A stretch of 64,000 bases of DNA, taken from Candidatus Poribacteria bacterium (lineage in GTDB: Bacteria; Poribacteria; WGA-4E; PCPOR2b). Shown one piece after another: positions 9,700 to 19,539 of the stretch. Under the pieces are notes generated by a model. That model did not search any database and had not been told where the DNA came from. It worked only from the letters and a program-made list of their open reading frames with translations. Each line of letters begins with the position of its first letter. Within the stretch, counting starts at the first letter, position 1. A program made the translations under genes and the position numbers. Location: contig OZ220744.1 in NCBI GenBank assembly GCA_965116925.1, positions 4,288,001 through 4,352,000 of the forward strand, in the 5' to 3' direction.

Positions 9700-9864
9700 G
9701 TAAGGAGAGCTAACGCTCGGCGGTTAAAATAGAATCAGTATTCATCTATATTTTGGCACATAAACCCCAACTTATTTTGCATCGTCACAGAACTACAAGA
9801 TTGCGGAGGAAAAATTGACGACACTCAATGGCTGCTCCGCCGAATAATATAAAAGGGGATAACA

Positions 9865-10545
9865 ATGCAAATCAATTTTCAGAAAGTAGTAGATCTGTCT
9901 TACACGGTTGATGAAAACAGTCCACGCGAACTTCCGATTGACCCTGTCAAAATCTACGATACAGCAACAATCGACAAGGATGGCTACTTTGAAAGCCGAG
10001 TAGATTTATCCGGGCATTGTGCGACGCATATTGACGTTCCCTGCCTGATGTACGCCGAGGGATTCACCGTCGCTGAAATTCCACAGGACAAATTAACGGG
10101 ATCTGCCGTGCTGATAGACCTATCAGACGTGAAACAACCGGGCGATGCCGTGACGGCAGAAGACATCGAGAAGTGGATTGCCGAAAACGGCGATATTCCG
10201 CCAGATAGCATCGTTTTCATGCGGACCGGCATGGATCAATATGCGTACCAAGATAGTTTCAACCGTCAATGGATTGGCTTCAGCGAGGATGCGGCGCGGT
10301 TGCTTGTCCAGAAAGAGATCAAGACGATTGGAACGGATGCCTGCAGCATCGACTCGATGGCTGGACATCCGCCTCAGCACGACGGCCTACCGCCCGCCCA
10401 TCTCGTTTTTCTCGGTGCTGGTATCCCGCAGGTCGAAGATCTCTGTAATCTGAGCGAACTGCCGACGAACTTTCACGTGGCGATTGCGCCGATGAAGTTA
10501 GCGCGGAGCTCCGGTGCCCCGACGCGCGTCTTTGCATTTGTCTAA
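9865..10545 (+). CDS. Cyclase-family metal-dependent hydrolase (kynurenine formamidase-like)
   Basis: HCATHIDVP, RTG, GTDACSID, VEDLCNL, GAPTRV. Confidence 0.88.
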   Translation: MQINFQKVVDLSYTVDENSPRELPIDPVKIYDTATIDKDGYFESRVDLSGHCATHIDVPCLMYAEGFTVAEIPQDKLTGSAVLIDLSDVKQPGDAVTAEDIEKWIAENGDIPPDSIVFMRTGMDQYAYQDSFNRQWIGFSEDAARLLVQKEIKTIGTDACSIDSMAGHPPQHDGLPPAHLVFLGAGIPQVEDLCNLSELPTNFHVAIAPMKLARSSGAPTRVFAFV

Positions 10546-10582
10546 TTGTAACTGTTCCTCTGAAAACGGATAAAACAGAGAC

Positions 10583-11440
10583 ATGAAAACTCAGACGGTC
10601 GGCATTGAATTAGAAGAAGCGGATCGAGAGGCATACAGCGATCAAGGTTTTTGGATTGGTCCCCAGTTATTCGATGACGCGACGGTGAAGGAGCTGCGTA
10701 GTGCAGTTTGCCGCACCATCCGCGGCGAGCGGGATTTCGATTCAATGCACTGGGGGCAGCCACCGAAATTCGACCCCCAAAGTCCAAAATTGGCACATGT
10801 GGTCAACGGTTGGTGGGTGAACGCCAAAATCCGCGAATTGATCCAATCCGACGAAATTGGTTATTTGGCTTCCCGACTGATGGGGACTCAGGAGGTCCGT
10901 CTGGTGCACGACCAAGTTCTTTACAAACCGGGGAATGGTTCCGAGTCGGAAGAGGTTCTGGATGGCAATGTTGGCTGGCATCAGGATGCCGCCCACTGGA
11001 CTATGTTCAACTCTACCACCTTCTGCACCGCTTGGATTGCCTTACAGGACACCGACCTTTCCAATGGAAGTATGTGTTTTGTTAGGGGATCACATAAATG
11101 GGGGTTAATCAAAGACGCCGCCGGTTTTGCGAATAAAGACCTACACGCTTCGGAAAAGAGGTTTTCTCAAGGTGACCGGCGGTGGGTGGAAATTCCTTGC
11201 GTACTCAAAGCGGGTCAAGTCAGTTTCCATACGGGGTTGACCTTTCACGGTTCCGGTCCCAATCGGACGGATGCACCACGTCTTTCGATTGCGCTCAACA
11301 TGATGCCCGGCGGGACGACCTATAACAAGCATGGTAGGGATAATTTGATTGGTGCCCAATTGGGACCCTATGTGAAACACGGGGACCTGTGCACAGATCC
11401 TTTCTTTCCAAGAATGTGGCCTCCGAACCGTGCTGATTAG
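10583..11440 (+). CDS. PhyH-family dioxygenase
   Basis: WHQD, WIAL, NG..F..GSH, FH..T.HGS..N....R. Confidence 0.9.
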   Translation: MKTQTVGIELEEADREAYSDQGFWIGPQLFDDATVKELRSAVCRTIRGERDFDSMHWGQPPKFDPQSPKLAHVVNGWWVNAKIRELIQSDEIGYLASRLMGTQEVRLVHDQVLYKPGNGSESEEVLDGNVGWHQDAAHWTMFNSTTFCTAWIALQDTDLSNGSMCFVRGSHKWGLIKDAAGFANKDLHASEKRFSQGDRRWVEIPCVLKAGQVSFHTGLTFHGSGPNRTDAPRLSIALNMMPGGTTYNKHGRDNLIGAQLGPYVKHGDLCTDPFFPRMWPPNRAD

Positions 11441-11462
11441 CTAGGGTATGTTGACATTTATC

Positions 11463-11511
11463 GTAGGGGCGAGGTTTCCTCGCCCGACGGGTTGGGGAAC
11501 CCAACCCCTAC
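11463..11511. repeat. GTAG REP doublet between convergent genes
   Basis: gtaggggcgaggtttcctcgccc-gac-gggttggggaacccaacccctac. Confidence 0.75.
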
Positions 11512-11567
11512 AGTGGGTTAGCCTATAAGCAGGTGTCAAGATATGAATCTCGACCTACAACCAGCAC

Positions 11568-12458
11568 CTATTGAATCAATTCCGCCTTTATCCCATCGAG
11601 CGGTATATCGAGCAAATCCTCCCCAAAGATGATATGACCGTCGAAAATCTGTCCCGCCTCAAACAACAACCGTTCACGTATACCAGGGCGTGCAACCTGC
11701 TCCGTTAGGTGAACCAGCACCAGTGTGCTGACTTGGGCATCACGCGCGGTACGCGCTGCGTCCAGATGTCCTGAACAACAGCTCGTCAATCTGGGATCTG
11801 TAACAACTCCATTGATAAAGTGACACATGTGCACCAGCACATCGGCACCCGCTGCGAGTTCGGTGAGTTTTGCTGTTGGCCCCGTATCACCGCCAAAGAC
11901 GATGGCATGTTCCTGTGTCTCCAAGCGGTAGGCGAGACAGGTGAGTTGGGGTTGGCAGTGAACGACTTCTGCGACCTTTACGCGCCAATCCGCACACTCC
12001 ACTATGGTGCCGTCAGCGACCTCAGTTACCGTTGGGTTTGGTCGCTTGCGTGGCAACACGCCCCCGCGCTTTTCATAGATGAAATGGCTGCCGGGATGCT
12101 CGGTTCTTCCTGCCAGATCCGGTCCGAATACACCGGATTTACCGAAGAGCAGTTGGGTCATCCTTTCTGTGTTGGGGGGACCATACACACTTAGCTCTGG
12201 AATTTTGCCGACCCCCTGATCCCAACGTGACAACACCAGATAGCCGTAATCGACACAGTGGTCGTAGTGAAGATGGGTCAGAAATAGGTGTGTAATGTGG
12301 GTTGGTGACACGTCTTTTTTCAGTAGCCGCCGCACACAACCGGGACCACAATCAAAGAGAAGTTTCTCCTCGCCTAGGGTGACCAGATAACTAGAACCCG
12401 CACGATGGAGGAGTGGTGTTGGTGTGCCTGTTCCGAGAAGGGTTAAACGGATTGACAT
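11568..12458 (-). CDS. MBL-fold hydrolase (RNase Z/AtsA-like)
   Basis: LLGTGTP, DCGPG, THLHYDH, GDT, LVH. Confidence 0.85.
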   Translation of the reverse strand: MSIRLTLLGTGTPTPLLHRAGSSYLVTLGEEKLLFDCGPGCVRRLLKKDVSPTHITHLFLTHLHYDHCVDYGYLVLSRWDQGVGKIPELSVYGPPNTERMTQLLFGKSGVFGPDLAGRTEHPGSHFIYEKRGGVLPRKRPNPTVTEVADGTIVECADWRVKVAEVVHCQPQLTCLAYRLETQEHAIVFGGDTGPTAKLTELAAGADVLVHMCHFINGVVTDPRLTSCCSGHLDAARTARDAQVSTLVLVHLTEQVARPGIRERLLFEAGQIFDGHIIFGEDLLDIPLDGIKAELIQ

Positions 12459-12508
12459 GTGGAATTGCTCCTACGGATCAAGGGTATTTGTATCATTTTT
12501 TGGGATAT

Positions 12509-12721
12509 TATAGTGGATCGTAGAATTAATGAAATACGCCAAACCGGTGCGGTTGAATGAAAATTAAAAAAATAATTCGGTAATTTGCTAGCGATGCCGG
12601 CGCGGGGGAAAACCGCGCCTACCGTATGTTTCGAGGAAAATAGGGATTACCGATTTAAATACTTAAACTTCATAAAACCGCACCTACCGGGGGGCGAAAG
12701 TGTCTATTTATTTTTACCATA
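12509..12721. mobile_element. TA-flanked MITE (tatagtggat..gaattaat), long nested form
   Basis: Highly similar to 23353-23573 and 45007-45230; right end partly deleted. Confidence 0.8.
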
Positions 12722-13079
12722 GATTGCTGAATAGGTGATGAATATCGTTGCGTTTGATGTTATCATGATTTATCCTAGCCTTCAACCTCTTTTTGGACAT
12801 AAGGGAGGGCAATCGCATCTGTTTAGGAATTAGGTAGTTGAGCAATCAGGACACTGGGGGAACCCCGGTTGTAGCACAAATTGACTGACCTCCGGGCAAG
12901 TACAGGTTAGAAACCTGTACCCACAAGGGAATTTGGAGTGCCATCTGCTACAGTCAAAGTCATGCTGTGCATGAAGGCTCGCGCCAGATTTATCTGGTGA
13001 ATGTGGAGGAGATTGTATTAGGGTGAGGATACGGATCACCGAACAATAGGGCATCTCCTGATTCATTTCCTGTTTTTTG

Positions 13080-13107
13080 TTGACACTTTACATGATGTGG
13101 CTATAAT
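13080..13107 (+). promoter_or_regulatory. sigma70 promoter upstream of the Nramp-family gene
   Basis: TTGACA-N16-TATAAT, both hexamers match consensus. Confidence 0.7.
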
Positions 13108-13143
13108 GTTGGCTAGTCCAATTTGCTGAGCGATAGGGTCATT

Positions 13144-13260
13144 TATGATAGATTTTAGAATTAATTGGACACTGTGAACGAGCGAGGTCAGGAACTTTGT
13201 TCGCGGAGTTACGGCACACGGAGTGTGCCTACTACTTTGGCAGTTTATCAATTTCACTGG
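13144..13260. mobile_element. Same MITE shell with alternative cargo (acggcacacggagtgtgcctactac), right end degenerate
   Basis: Left end tatgatagattttagaattaattggacac; body similar to 58497-58618. Confidence 0.6.
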
Positions 13261-13316
13261 GATACTGGAGGAGAATTATCCGGATTATTTTTCTACCCTA
13301 ACCAACAGGAGAAATT

Positions 13317-14813
13317 ATGGAGGAAAAAGAAACAATTGACGAGAATCAAGAGGAGATAGGCACGGTCGAAATTCCACCTGTTACTGGGGTGTTTGGTCAG
13401 TCGTGGTCAATGCAGAAACTGCTCGGCTTAATGGCTGTCTTTGGACCTGCCGCAATTGTTGCATCGGTCAGTATCGGTGCCGGCGAAACGATTGTCGTTG
13501 TCCGTACAGGTGCTTGGGCACGTTATGACCTCCTATGGCTCGTGCTTATAAGTTGTATCGTTAAAGGCGTTTTTCTTACCTATCTGCTCGGACGTTACAC
13601 CGCCGTTAGCGGTGAATATCTTGGACATCGGCTGGTAAGGCTACCCGGACCGCGCGGTTGGTTTTTGCTTATGATTATGTTAGTTGAATTAATCGGTGGT
13701 CCGATGGCTTGGGTGCCAATTGCTAAACCGTGTGCAGATCTATTTCACTTTTTACTTAACGGAGTTCCGCAATCAATCCCCGAACCGATTTGGGAAAATA
13801 TCTTTACCTCTGCCTTCATCGGTCTCGCTTTGCTACTCAGCCTGAAGATGTCATATAATAGACTGGAAAAGCAGCAGGTGATCATCTGCCTGATCCTTGT
13901 GACTGGAACGATTATCGGCACCCTGATGGTACGTCCAGATCTCTGGCAAGCATTCATTGGATCCGTAAATGTAGGACATCTGCCAGCGTTTCCAGAGTGG
14001 ACACCAGACGATGCGCGTCAGAATCCGCTGCTAACAATGGCGACAACATTTGCTTACGTTGGTGGTGGGGCGATGGGTTATATCGTCTACGCTAACTGGA
14101 TTGGCCTCCACCGTTGGGGGTTGACAGGACATCAAAATATTGATGCCATCCGCGACTATGCTTTCAAGCACGATGCGATTGACTACCTGCCCGATGCACC
14201 GGAACAGGTCAGCCGATTGCGACAACTTGTCGCACCGTTGCGGTGGGATGCTGGCATGGGTGCAGTCGTTCTGTTTATTGTAACGGCGGCATTTATGATA
14301 TCTGGCGCTGCGGTCTTGTATCCACTAGAAAGTCGATTTGAAGGATGGAGCCTACTTACCGAGCAGGCTCACGTCTGGAGTAACATCCATCCCTCGTTGG
14401 TCTGGGTTTACTACATCTGTATCATTGCCGCCCTTTGGGGAACCCTACAAGCGGTGCCCGAAGTCCTTACCCGTGTATCGCACGAATTTTTAGAGGCACT
14501 GTGGCCCTCCCGCGAATGGCCCTATGCTAAAATCCAGCGTTTCATCTGTACCTATTTTTTCGTCTCCACCTTTATTGTCATTTGGACAGATCTAAAGTTT
14601 GATATTCTCACGCAGATTGCGGGCACTTTGGGAAACTTTGCGATTTCATTTGTCATGGTTCTTGCGTTGCGCTTGAATTCCAAACTCCCTAGCTCTTATC
14701 GGACGCACCGTGTGATGTGGATCGGCGGATTTATATCTGCGCTGATTCAGATTGCTTTTGCAGGCGTTAGTATCTGGAGTTTAGGCGGCAAAATCTTCGG
14801 TGGTGGACAGTAG
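13317..14813 (+). CDS. Nramp-family (APC superfamily) transporter
   Basis: FGPAAIVASVSIGAGE, YDLLW, GRYT..SGE; about 11 TM segments. Confidence 0.75.
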   Translation: MEEKETIDENQEEIGTVEIPPVTGVFGQSWSMQKLLGLMAVFGPAAIVASVSIGAGETIVVVRTGAWARYDLLWLVLISCIVKGVFLTYLLGRYTAVSGEYLGHRLVRLPGPRGWFLLMIMLVELIGGPMAWVPIAKPCADLFHFLLNGVPQSIPEPIWENIFTSAFIGLALLLSLKMSYNRLEKQQVIICLILVTGTIIGTLMVRPDLWQAFIGSVNVGHLPAFPEWTPDDARQNPLLTMATTFAYVGGGAMGYIVYANWIGLHRWGLTGHQNIDAIRDYAFKHDAIDYLPDAPEQVSRLRQLVAPLRWDAGMGAVVLFIVTAAFMISGAAVLYPLESRFEGWSLLTEQAHVWSNIHPSLVWVYYICIIAALWGTLQAVPEVLTRVSHEFLEALWPSREWPYAKIQRFICTYFFVSTFIVIWTDLKFDILTQIAGTLGNFAISFVMVLALRLNSKLPSSYRTHRVMWIGGFISALIQIAFAGVSIWSLGGKIFGGGQ

Positions 14814-14889
14814 TATATTTTTTAACGATGTGCTGTGGATTTGCCAATCCATGGCGAGCGGGCCTCTATAGGGGAATCCTCAACGGTTA

Positions 14890-16170
14890 ATGGTAAATAA
14901 TTCACGACTGACGATGCGCAGGGGGCATTCCTTGCGCACTTTCGAGGCATTTGGTAACCGTAGCTACCGGTTGCTTTGGCCCGCGAACTTCCTCGCCTAT
15001 ATCTGCCGGTGGATGCAGCTGACGCTGCTGGGCTGGCTTGTCCTAGAGTTGACGGATTCACCATTTTCGGTAGCTTTGGTCGGTTTCTTCGGGATGCTGC
15101 CGCTTCTGATACTTGGCATGGTGGGCGGTGTATTGGCTGATAGGGTCAATAAGCACCGAATCCTCATCATGACACAGGTAATAAGCTGTGTCGCTGCCTT
15201 TGCGATGGTGCTGCTGCTCAAGATGGAAGCGATACGTTTCTGGCACGCTTACGTCGTGATGGGGTGTACCGGCATCGGGTGGGCCCTGGATATGCCCTCC
15301 CGACGTTCAGCCATACACGATCTTGTCGGCAGAGCAGGGGTGACCAACGCTATGGCGATGGATTCTGTCGGTATGCAGGCGAGCCGTATGATCGGTCCGG
15401 CGTTGGCGGGCGCACTGATAACCACGGTTGATGTGTTGGGAGGTTACATCGTTGTTAGTGCAATCTATGTTGTGGCGATTGCCCTAATCGCAGCGGTGAA
15501 CCTGCCGCCTGTCGACCGGAGCCGTCTTGGGTTGTCTAGCGTCCTTGGCAACTTGGTGGAAGGGTTCCGGTACGTGAGGCGCGACAATGTGCTGGTGGCA
15601 ACCGTACTCGTCACCATCCTAATGAATTTGCTGCTCTTTCCCTACGCACAGATGATTCCGGTTATCGCTCGCGATGTCCTTTTGATTGGTCCCGGACTGA
15701 TGGGAACGCTCCTAGGCGCTGAAGGGCTAGGCGCGCTTTTTGGTGCGATCTGTGTCGCTTCGATAGGGGTTATCCGGTTCCATGGACGGTTGTACATCGG
15801 CGGGTCAATGCTTGGGTTGGTTATGCTCTTATGTTTCTCGACGGTGCGGTGGTACTACATTGCCCTTCCGGTGCTATTTGTTCTCGGGTTCGGGACATCG
15901 GGCTTTTCAACAATGCAGTCAACCCTTGTGATGCTGCGCTCTAGGGAGGAGATGCGTGGACGGGCACTAGGCGTTATCAGTCTCGCCATCGGTGCTGGTC
16001 CGCTGGGGGCACTTATGGTAGGTGCTATTGCGTCAATGAGCAGCACACCATTTGCCATCGGAATTGACGCAGTGCTAGGGATTGTGTTGCTTTCGGTGAT
16101 AGCCTTGCTGATGCCGTCGCTGTGGCGACAACCGATGGTTTCAGACGAGCGGACTCCCAAGGTCAATTGA
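14890..16170 (+). CDS. MFS transporter (MFS_3/DUF894-like)
   Basis: GGVLADRVNK motif A, DMPSR, MRGRALG; about 12 TM segments. Confidence 0.9.
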   Translation: MVNNSRLTMRRGHSLRTFEAFGNRSYRLLWPANFLAYICRWMQLTLLGWLVLELTDSPFSVALVGFFGMLPLLILGMVGGVLADRVNKHRILIMTQVISCVAAFAMVLLLKMEAIRFWHAYVVMGCTGIGWALDMPSRRSAIHDLVGRAGVTNAMAMDSVGMQASRMIGPALAGALITTVDVLGGYIVVSAIYVVAIALIAAVNLPPVDRSRLGLSSVLGNLVEGFRYVRRDNVLVATVLVTILMNLLLFPYAQMIPVIARDVLLIGPGLMGTLLGAEGLGALFGAICVASIGVIRFHGRLYIGGSMLGLVMLLCFSTVRWYYIALPVLFVLGFGTSGFSTMQSTLVMLRSREEMRGRALGVISLAIGAGPLGALMVGAIASMSSTPFAIGIDAVLGIVLLSVIALLMPSLWRQPMVSDERTPKVN

Positions 16171-16188
16171 TGGCACAATCCGGGCTTA

Positions 16189-17838
16189 CTATCCGAAGGG
16201 ACGCCTGTACGAAAAGGCGGTTTCCTCGCTGGTGATGAATTCAAGCAGTGACGCTTGTCCGTCCTCGGTGGCTTTCCGAGCGCGTAGAATCGCCGGACCG
16301 ACATCTGCGGGATCCGCTACCCGCTCCGCCCAGCCTCCCATAGCCCGTCCCATATCGGCATAGTTCCCACCAATGTCTCGTGTCCTGTACAACTCATGAG
16401 ATCTCGCCATGTGCGTCGTCTCTATAGCCATGGTGGAGTTGTTCAGCACTACGGTGAGGATTGGTATACTGTTTCGGGCAGCTGTCTCGAAGTCCAACCC
16501 TGTCATCCCGAATGCAGCATCCCCCATAAAGTTGACCACGAATTTTTCGGGCGCAGCGAGTTTCGCCCCGATATTAAGCCCAAGTCCGGTTCCAAGTCCG
16601 TGCGACTTGCCCCAGCCTAGGTACGTTCGGGGACCACCTGATTGATAGAACGGCATTAGTTGGTCGCGAGGGCTTCCAGAGTCGTGGGTGACAATCGCTT
16701 CCGCCGGATCGACATTGTTCATGAACTCCCAGATGACGCGGTAGGGAGTGATGGGAACCTCATCCGATGTAAGTTTGGGCGTCCACTCCTTCAACCACGC
16801 TTTCCGAACAGATGCGATCTCTTCTGCAACTTTGTTGTCGGCTTGGTTGGTGCTTGGACGCAGGTCTTTGCAAGCCTCAATGAACTGCTGCAGTACTAGC
16901 TTGGCGTCCCCAACGACAGGATAGTCGGTGTAGTAATCTTTATCTATGTCTATCGGATCATTTGTCGCATGGATAAAGGTCTTACCCGAAGGAATAGTCG
17001 TGGTCATGCCGTGCTTTGTGAAGGAGGTGCCGATCCCGAATACCACATCGGCTTGACCCAAGAAGTGGTAGACACAGCCGTTCATAACACTTGAGCCGCT
17101 CCCCAGAGCCAAAGGGTGCTTTTCGGGGAAGGCACTCTTTCCCGCCAACGTGGTCATGACGGGCACCTGTAGCAGTTCTGCTAGCTCCACCAACTCCTCG
17201 GTGGCGTCCGCGCATAGTACACCCTGGCCGGCGTGGATGATGGGGGCTTTTGCGTCCAGCAGCGCGCGGGCTGCCGCAAGGATATCCTGAGAATCGGCTT
17301 TTGAAAGTGTGGATTTGACGGGCTTGTAACCCTCAAGGATTGATGCGTCTACCTCTGCGTCCGCGATGTCGGTGGGGATCTCAACCATGACGGGACCAGG
17401 CCGCCCCATCTTGAGCCTAGCGAATGCCCGGCGCATTGTCTCGCCAACCTGCGAAGCGGTGCTGATCTGCTCGACGGATTTGGTGATGTCTGAAAAGCTG
17501 CGTACCGAGCTGAAGAGAGGGAATACGCCATCACGTGCTCTAGGGTGACCCAGTGGGAGCAATAGCATGGGCACGGCGTCTGAGTAGGCGGTGGCAACGC
17601 CTGCGAAGGCGTTTTCGGCACCGGGCCCATTCTGCATGGCGAACACCCCCGGTGGGCTTCCGTTATTTACTCGTGCGTAGCCGTCTGCGATACCGACCCC
17701 TACCCGTTCCTGACGGCAGATGATTGGTCGTATGCCAACCTCGGCGGTTGACTCGATCAGAGCGGTTGTGGGATAGGCACTGAGGTACTCAACGCCCTCC
17801 TTCTTCATGATATGCGCTATGGCATCAAGAACTTTCAT
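16189..17838 (-). CDS. Thiamine diphosphate-dependent enzyme (acetolactate synthase-like)
   Basis: RQER..ADGYAR, GPGAEN, GRPGPV, GDAAF..N..NN ThDP motif. Confidence 0.9.
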   Translation of the reverse strand: MKVLDAIAHIMKKEGVEYLSAYPTTALIESTAEVGIRPIICRQERVGVGIADGYARVNNGSPPGVFAMQNGPGAENAFAGVATAYSDAVPMLLLPLGHPRARDGVFPLFSSVRSFSDITKSVEQISTASQVGETMRRAFARLKMGRPGPVMVEIPTDIADAEVDASILEGYKPVKSTLSKADSQDILAAARALLDAKAPIIHAGQGVLCADATEELVELAELLQVPVMTTLAGKSAFPEKHPLALGSGSSVMNGCVYHFLGQADVVFGIGTSFTKHGMTTTIPSGKTFIHATNDPIDIDKDYYTDYPVVGDAKLVLQQFIEACKDLRPSTNQADNKVAEEIASVRKAWLKEWTPKLTSDEVPITPYRVIWEFMNNVDPAEAIVTHDSGSPRDQLMPFYQSGGPRTYLGWGKSHGLGTGLGLNIGAKLAAPEKFVVNFMGDAAFGMTGLDFETAARNSIPILTVVLNNSTMAIETTHMARSHELYRTRDIGGNYADMGRAMGGWAERVADPADVGPAILRARKATEDGQASLLEFITSEETAFSYRRPFG

Positions 17839-17903
17839 GGGTCATTAGCGTTCGATTGTAGGAAAGCGAAAGACGAAAAAAACGTGATCCCTCGCTTTCC
17901 CGC

Positions 17904-17931
17904 TTTTTACGTTTCACGCATCACGTTTCAC
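17904..17931. repeat. Heptamer tandem repeat (tttcacg/catcacg, STRR-like)
   Basis: Similar tracts at about 25874, 30414, 31693 and 49035 (reverse strand). Confidence 0.7.
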
Positions 17932-17993
17932 TCGTGATACCTGACCGGAGAACGTATCCACAGTTACAAACTAGCACCACTAGTTATCTACGT

Positions 17994-18986
17994 TTAAGCA
18001 CATCTAGGATCGTCCGTTTTCCAGCGGTGGAAGGTGGGATTGTCATCGCTCCCCGACAGCCGGCTGCGCGTCTCATACCACAGATTTGCCCACTCCTCGG
18101 CATCGTGCAACTCACTCTCCGGATTGGAGCGGCTGCGCGCAACAAAGCCTGGAAATGCACTGCGTCCGGTCGGCTGACCCGTTGGGTTGTAGCGCAGGTC
18201 GAAGCTCCAGCGGATATTATCGCTGTTATTTGGCAGCGAGCTATGACAGTTGAGACGGTGAAAAAATAGGACGCCTCCGCGCTTGAGCGGGATCGGTACG
18301 CTATCTGGCTCACGCAGAAATTTGCCCGGAATGTGACGACCAAATCCTCTTGACAGGTCGGTGCTCGTAATGCAGTGCTGCAGTAATCCTTCACGGTGGC
18401 TTTTGGGAATAACTTCGAGGCAGCCATTTTCAATCGTAGCATCCCACAAGCCGAACCAAACTGTCAGCATATCGGTTTCATCCGCCTCTGGTGTGACAAC
18501 CCCAGTATCCTGATGCCATGGGGTCGCCCCTATCTGGGGACGTCCGGTATCTTCGTTGATTGGACAGAGGTGCTCCGGCGGCTTCAGCCGTACATGCTGC
18601 ACAGGGTTCGAGTAAATTTCGGGACCAATCAACGATTCAATCGCATCAAGAAGTCTCTCGTTACGGAGAAGGTGGAAAACTTTCGGTCCCACCCACATCG
18701 GTGTGTCTGGCTGCACATTCTGCTGCGGTAAAGAAAAATCGAAATACTGTGCATGTACCCTACCGGATTCAGCGTAAATTTTCGTCAGTCGATCGCCAAA
18801 CGGCAGGTCATCATACATCGAAGATATTTCGCCGTTATCATACAGTTCTTGGGCGAGTTGATCCAAGACGCCTGCGTACTCTTCAATGACTGGATCTAGG
18901 TCTTGTTCGGGGTCCAACACGTCTTCAACGACCAGATATCCCTCTTCCTTAAATTGTGCCACTTGGGCTTCGGTCAGATGCGCCAT
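17994..18986 (-). CDS. PhyH-family dioxygenase
   Basis: MAHLTEAQVAQFKEEGYL, WHQD, ENGCL..IP.SH, HSSLPN..RWSFDLRY; start chosen behind GGAAGG. Confidence 0.9.
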   Translation of the reverse strand: MAHLTEAQVAQFKEEGYLVVEDVLDPEQDLDPVIEEYAGVLDQLAQELYDNGEISSMYDDLPFGDRLTKIYAESGRVHAQYFDFSLPQQNVQPDTPMWVGPKVFHLLRNERLLDAIESLIGPEIYSNPVQHVRLKPPEHLCPINEDTGRPQIGATPWHQDTGVVTPEADETDMLTVWFGLWDATIENGCLEVIPKSHREGLLQHCITSTDLSRGFGRHIPGKFLREPDSVPIPLKRGGVLFFHRLNCHSSLPNNSDNIRWSFDLRYNPTGQPTGRSAFPGFVARSRSNPESELHDAEEWANLWYETRSRLSGSDDNPTFHRWKTDDPRCA

Positions 18987-19176
18987 CTTGTTACCTTCCT
19001 TTGTGTGGATTGTATCCGACTGCTTCCTATAGGACGGGTTGAGCAAGCTGTTCCTAGCTATAATTATAACAGAATTCTGAAAAATTGAGAACACAAAAAT
19101 CAACAGGAGCAAAACGGAGTGCCAAATGGAATGACAAGCGAAGTTTTGATCGTGTTATAGTGCCGCCGAAAAGGTG

Positions 19177-19205
19177 TTGACCGGTTTTTGGGGTTGTGCT
19201 ATAAT
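19177..19205 (+). promoter_or_regulatory. sigma70 promoter with extended -10
   Basis: TTGACC-N17-(TG)cTATAAT. Confidence 0.7.
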
Positions 19206-19290
19206 TCCAAATTAAAATGGAGATCGAATAGCCCTTTTTAAGGAATCCGACTGGCTATAAAACGAAATCATATTTTTAGGGTAGTTGCTT

Positions 19291-19539
19291 ATGATAGATC
19301 AATTTGTTATATTCGCTCGCAGCATTCTGTCGGACAACTGGTTTGCGTGGTTTTATCAATACCTGTTCGGCGGACTGTTCTTTTTTGCTTCCCTCTGGCT
19401 GACGCTGCGTGCCGGGATCGTTTATAAGGGACTACGCGCTGACCGGCGGATCATCTGGGTGCTCGTCGTCGGCTTCTTCCTGTTTGCTGGCATCCACCTG
19501 ATTTGGATCTTTTCTGTGGAGGGACCCCCTGGCAAATGA
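19291..19539 (+). CDS. Small two-TM membrane protein coupled to the SSS transporter
   Basis: Two hydrophobic helices; stop overlaps the next start (ATGA at 19536-19539). Confidence 0.7.
   Translation: MIDQFVIFARSILSDNWFAWFYQYLFGGLFFFASLWLTLRAGIVYKGLRADRRIIWVLVVGFFLFAGIHLIWIFSVEGPPGK

Noticed and set aside
18987..19112. Long N-terminal extensions in the ORF track (also 29317-29550, 34219-34344, 51029-51094, 60807-60845)
   Set aside because: Downstream starts have better RBSs and match family N-termini; the extensions run through promoter, repeat or IS sequence.
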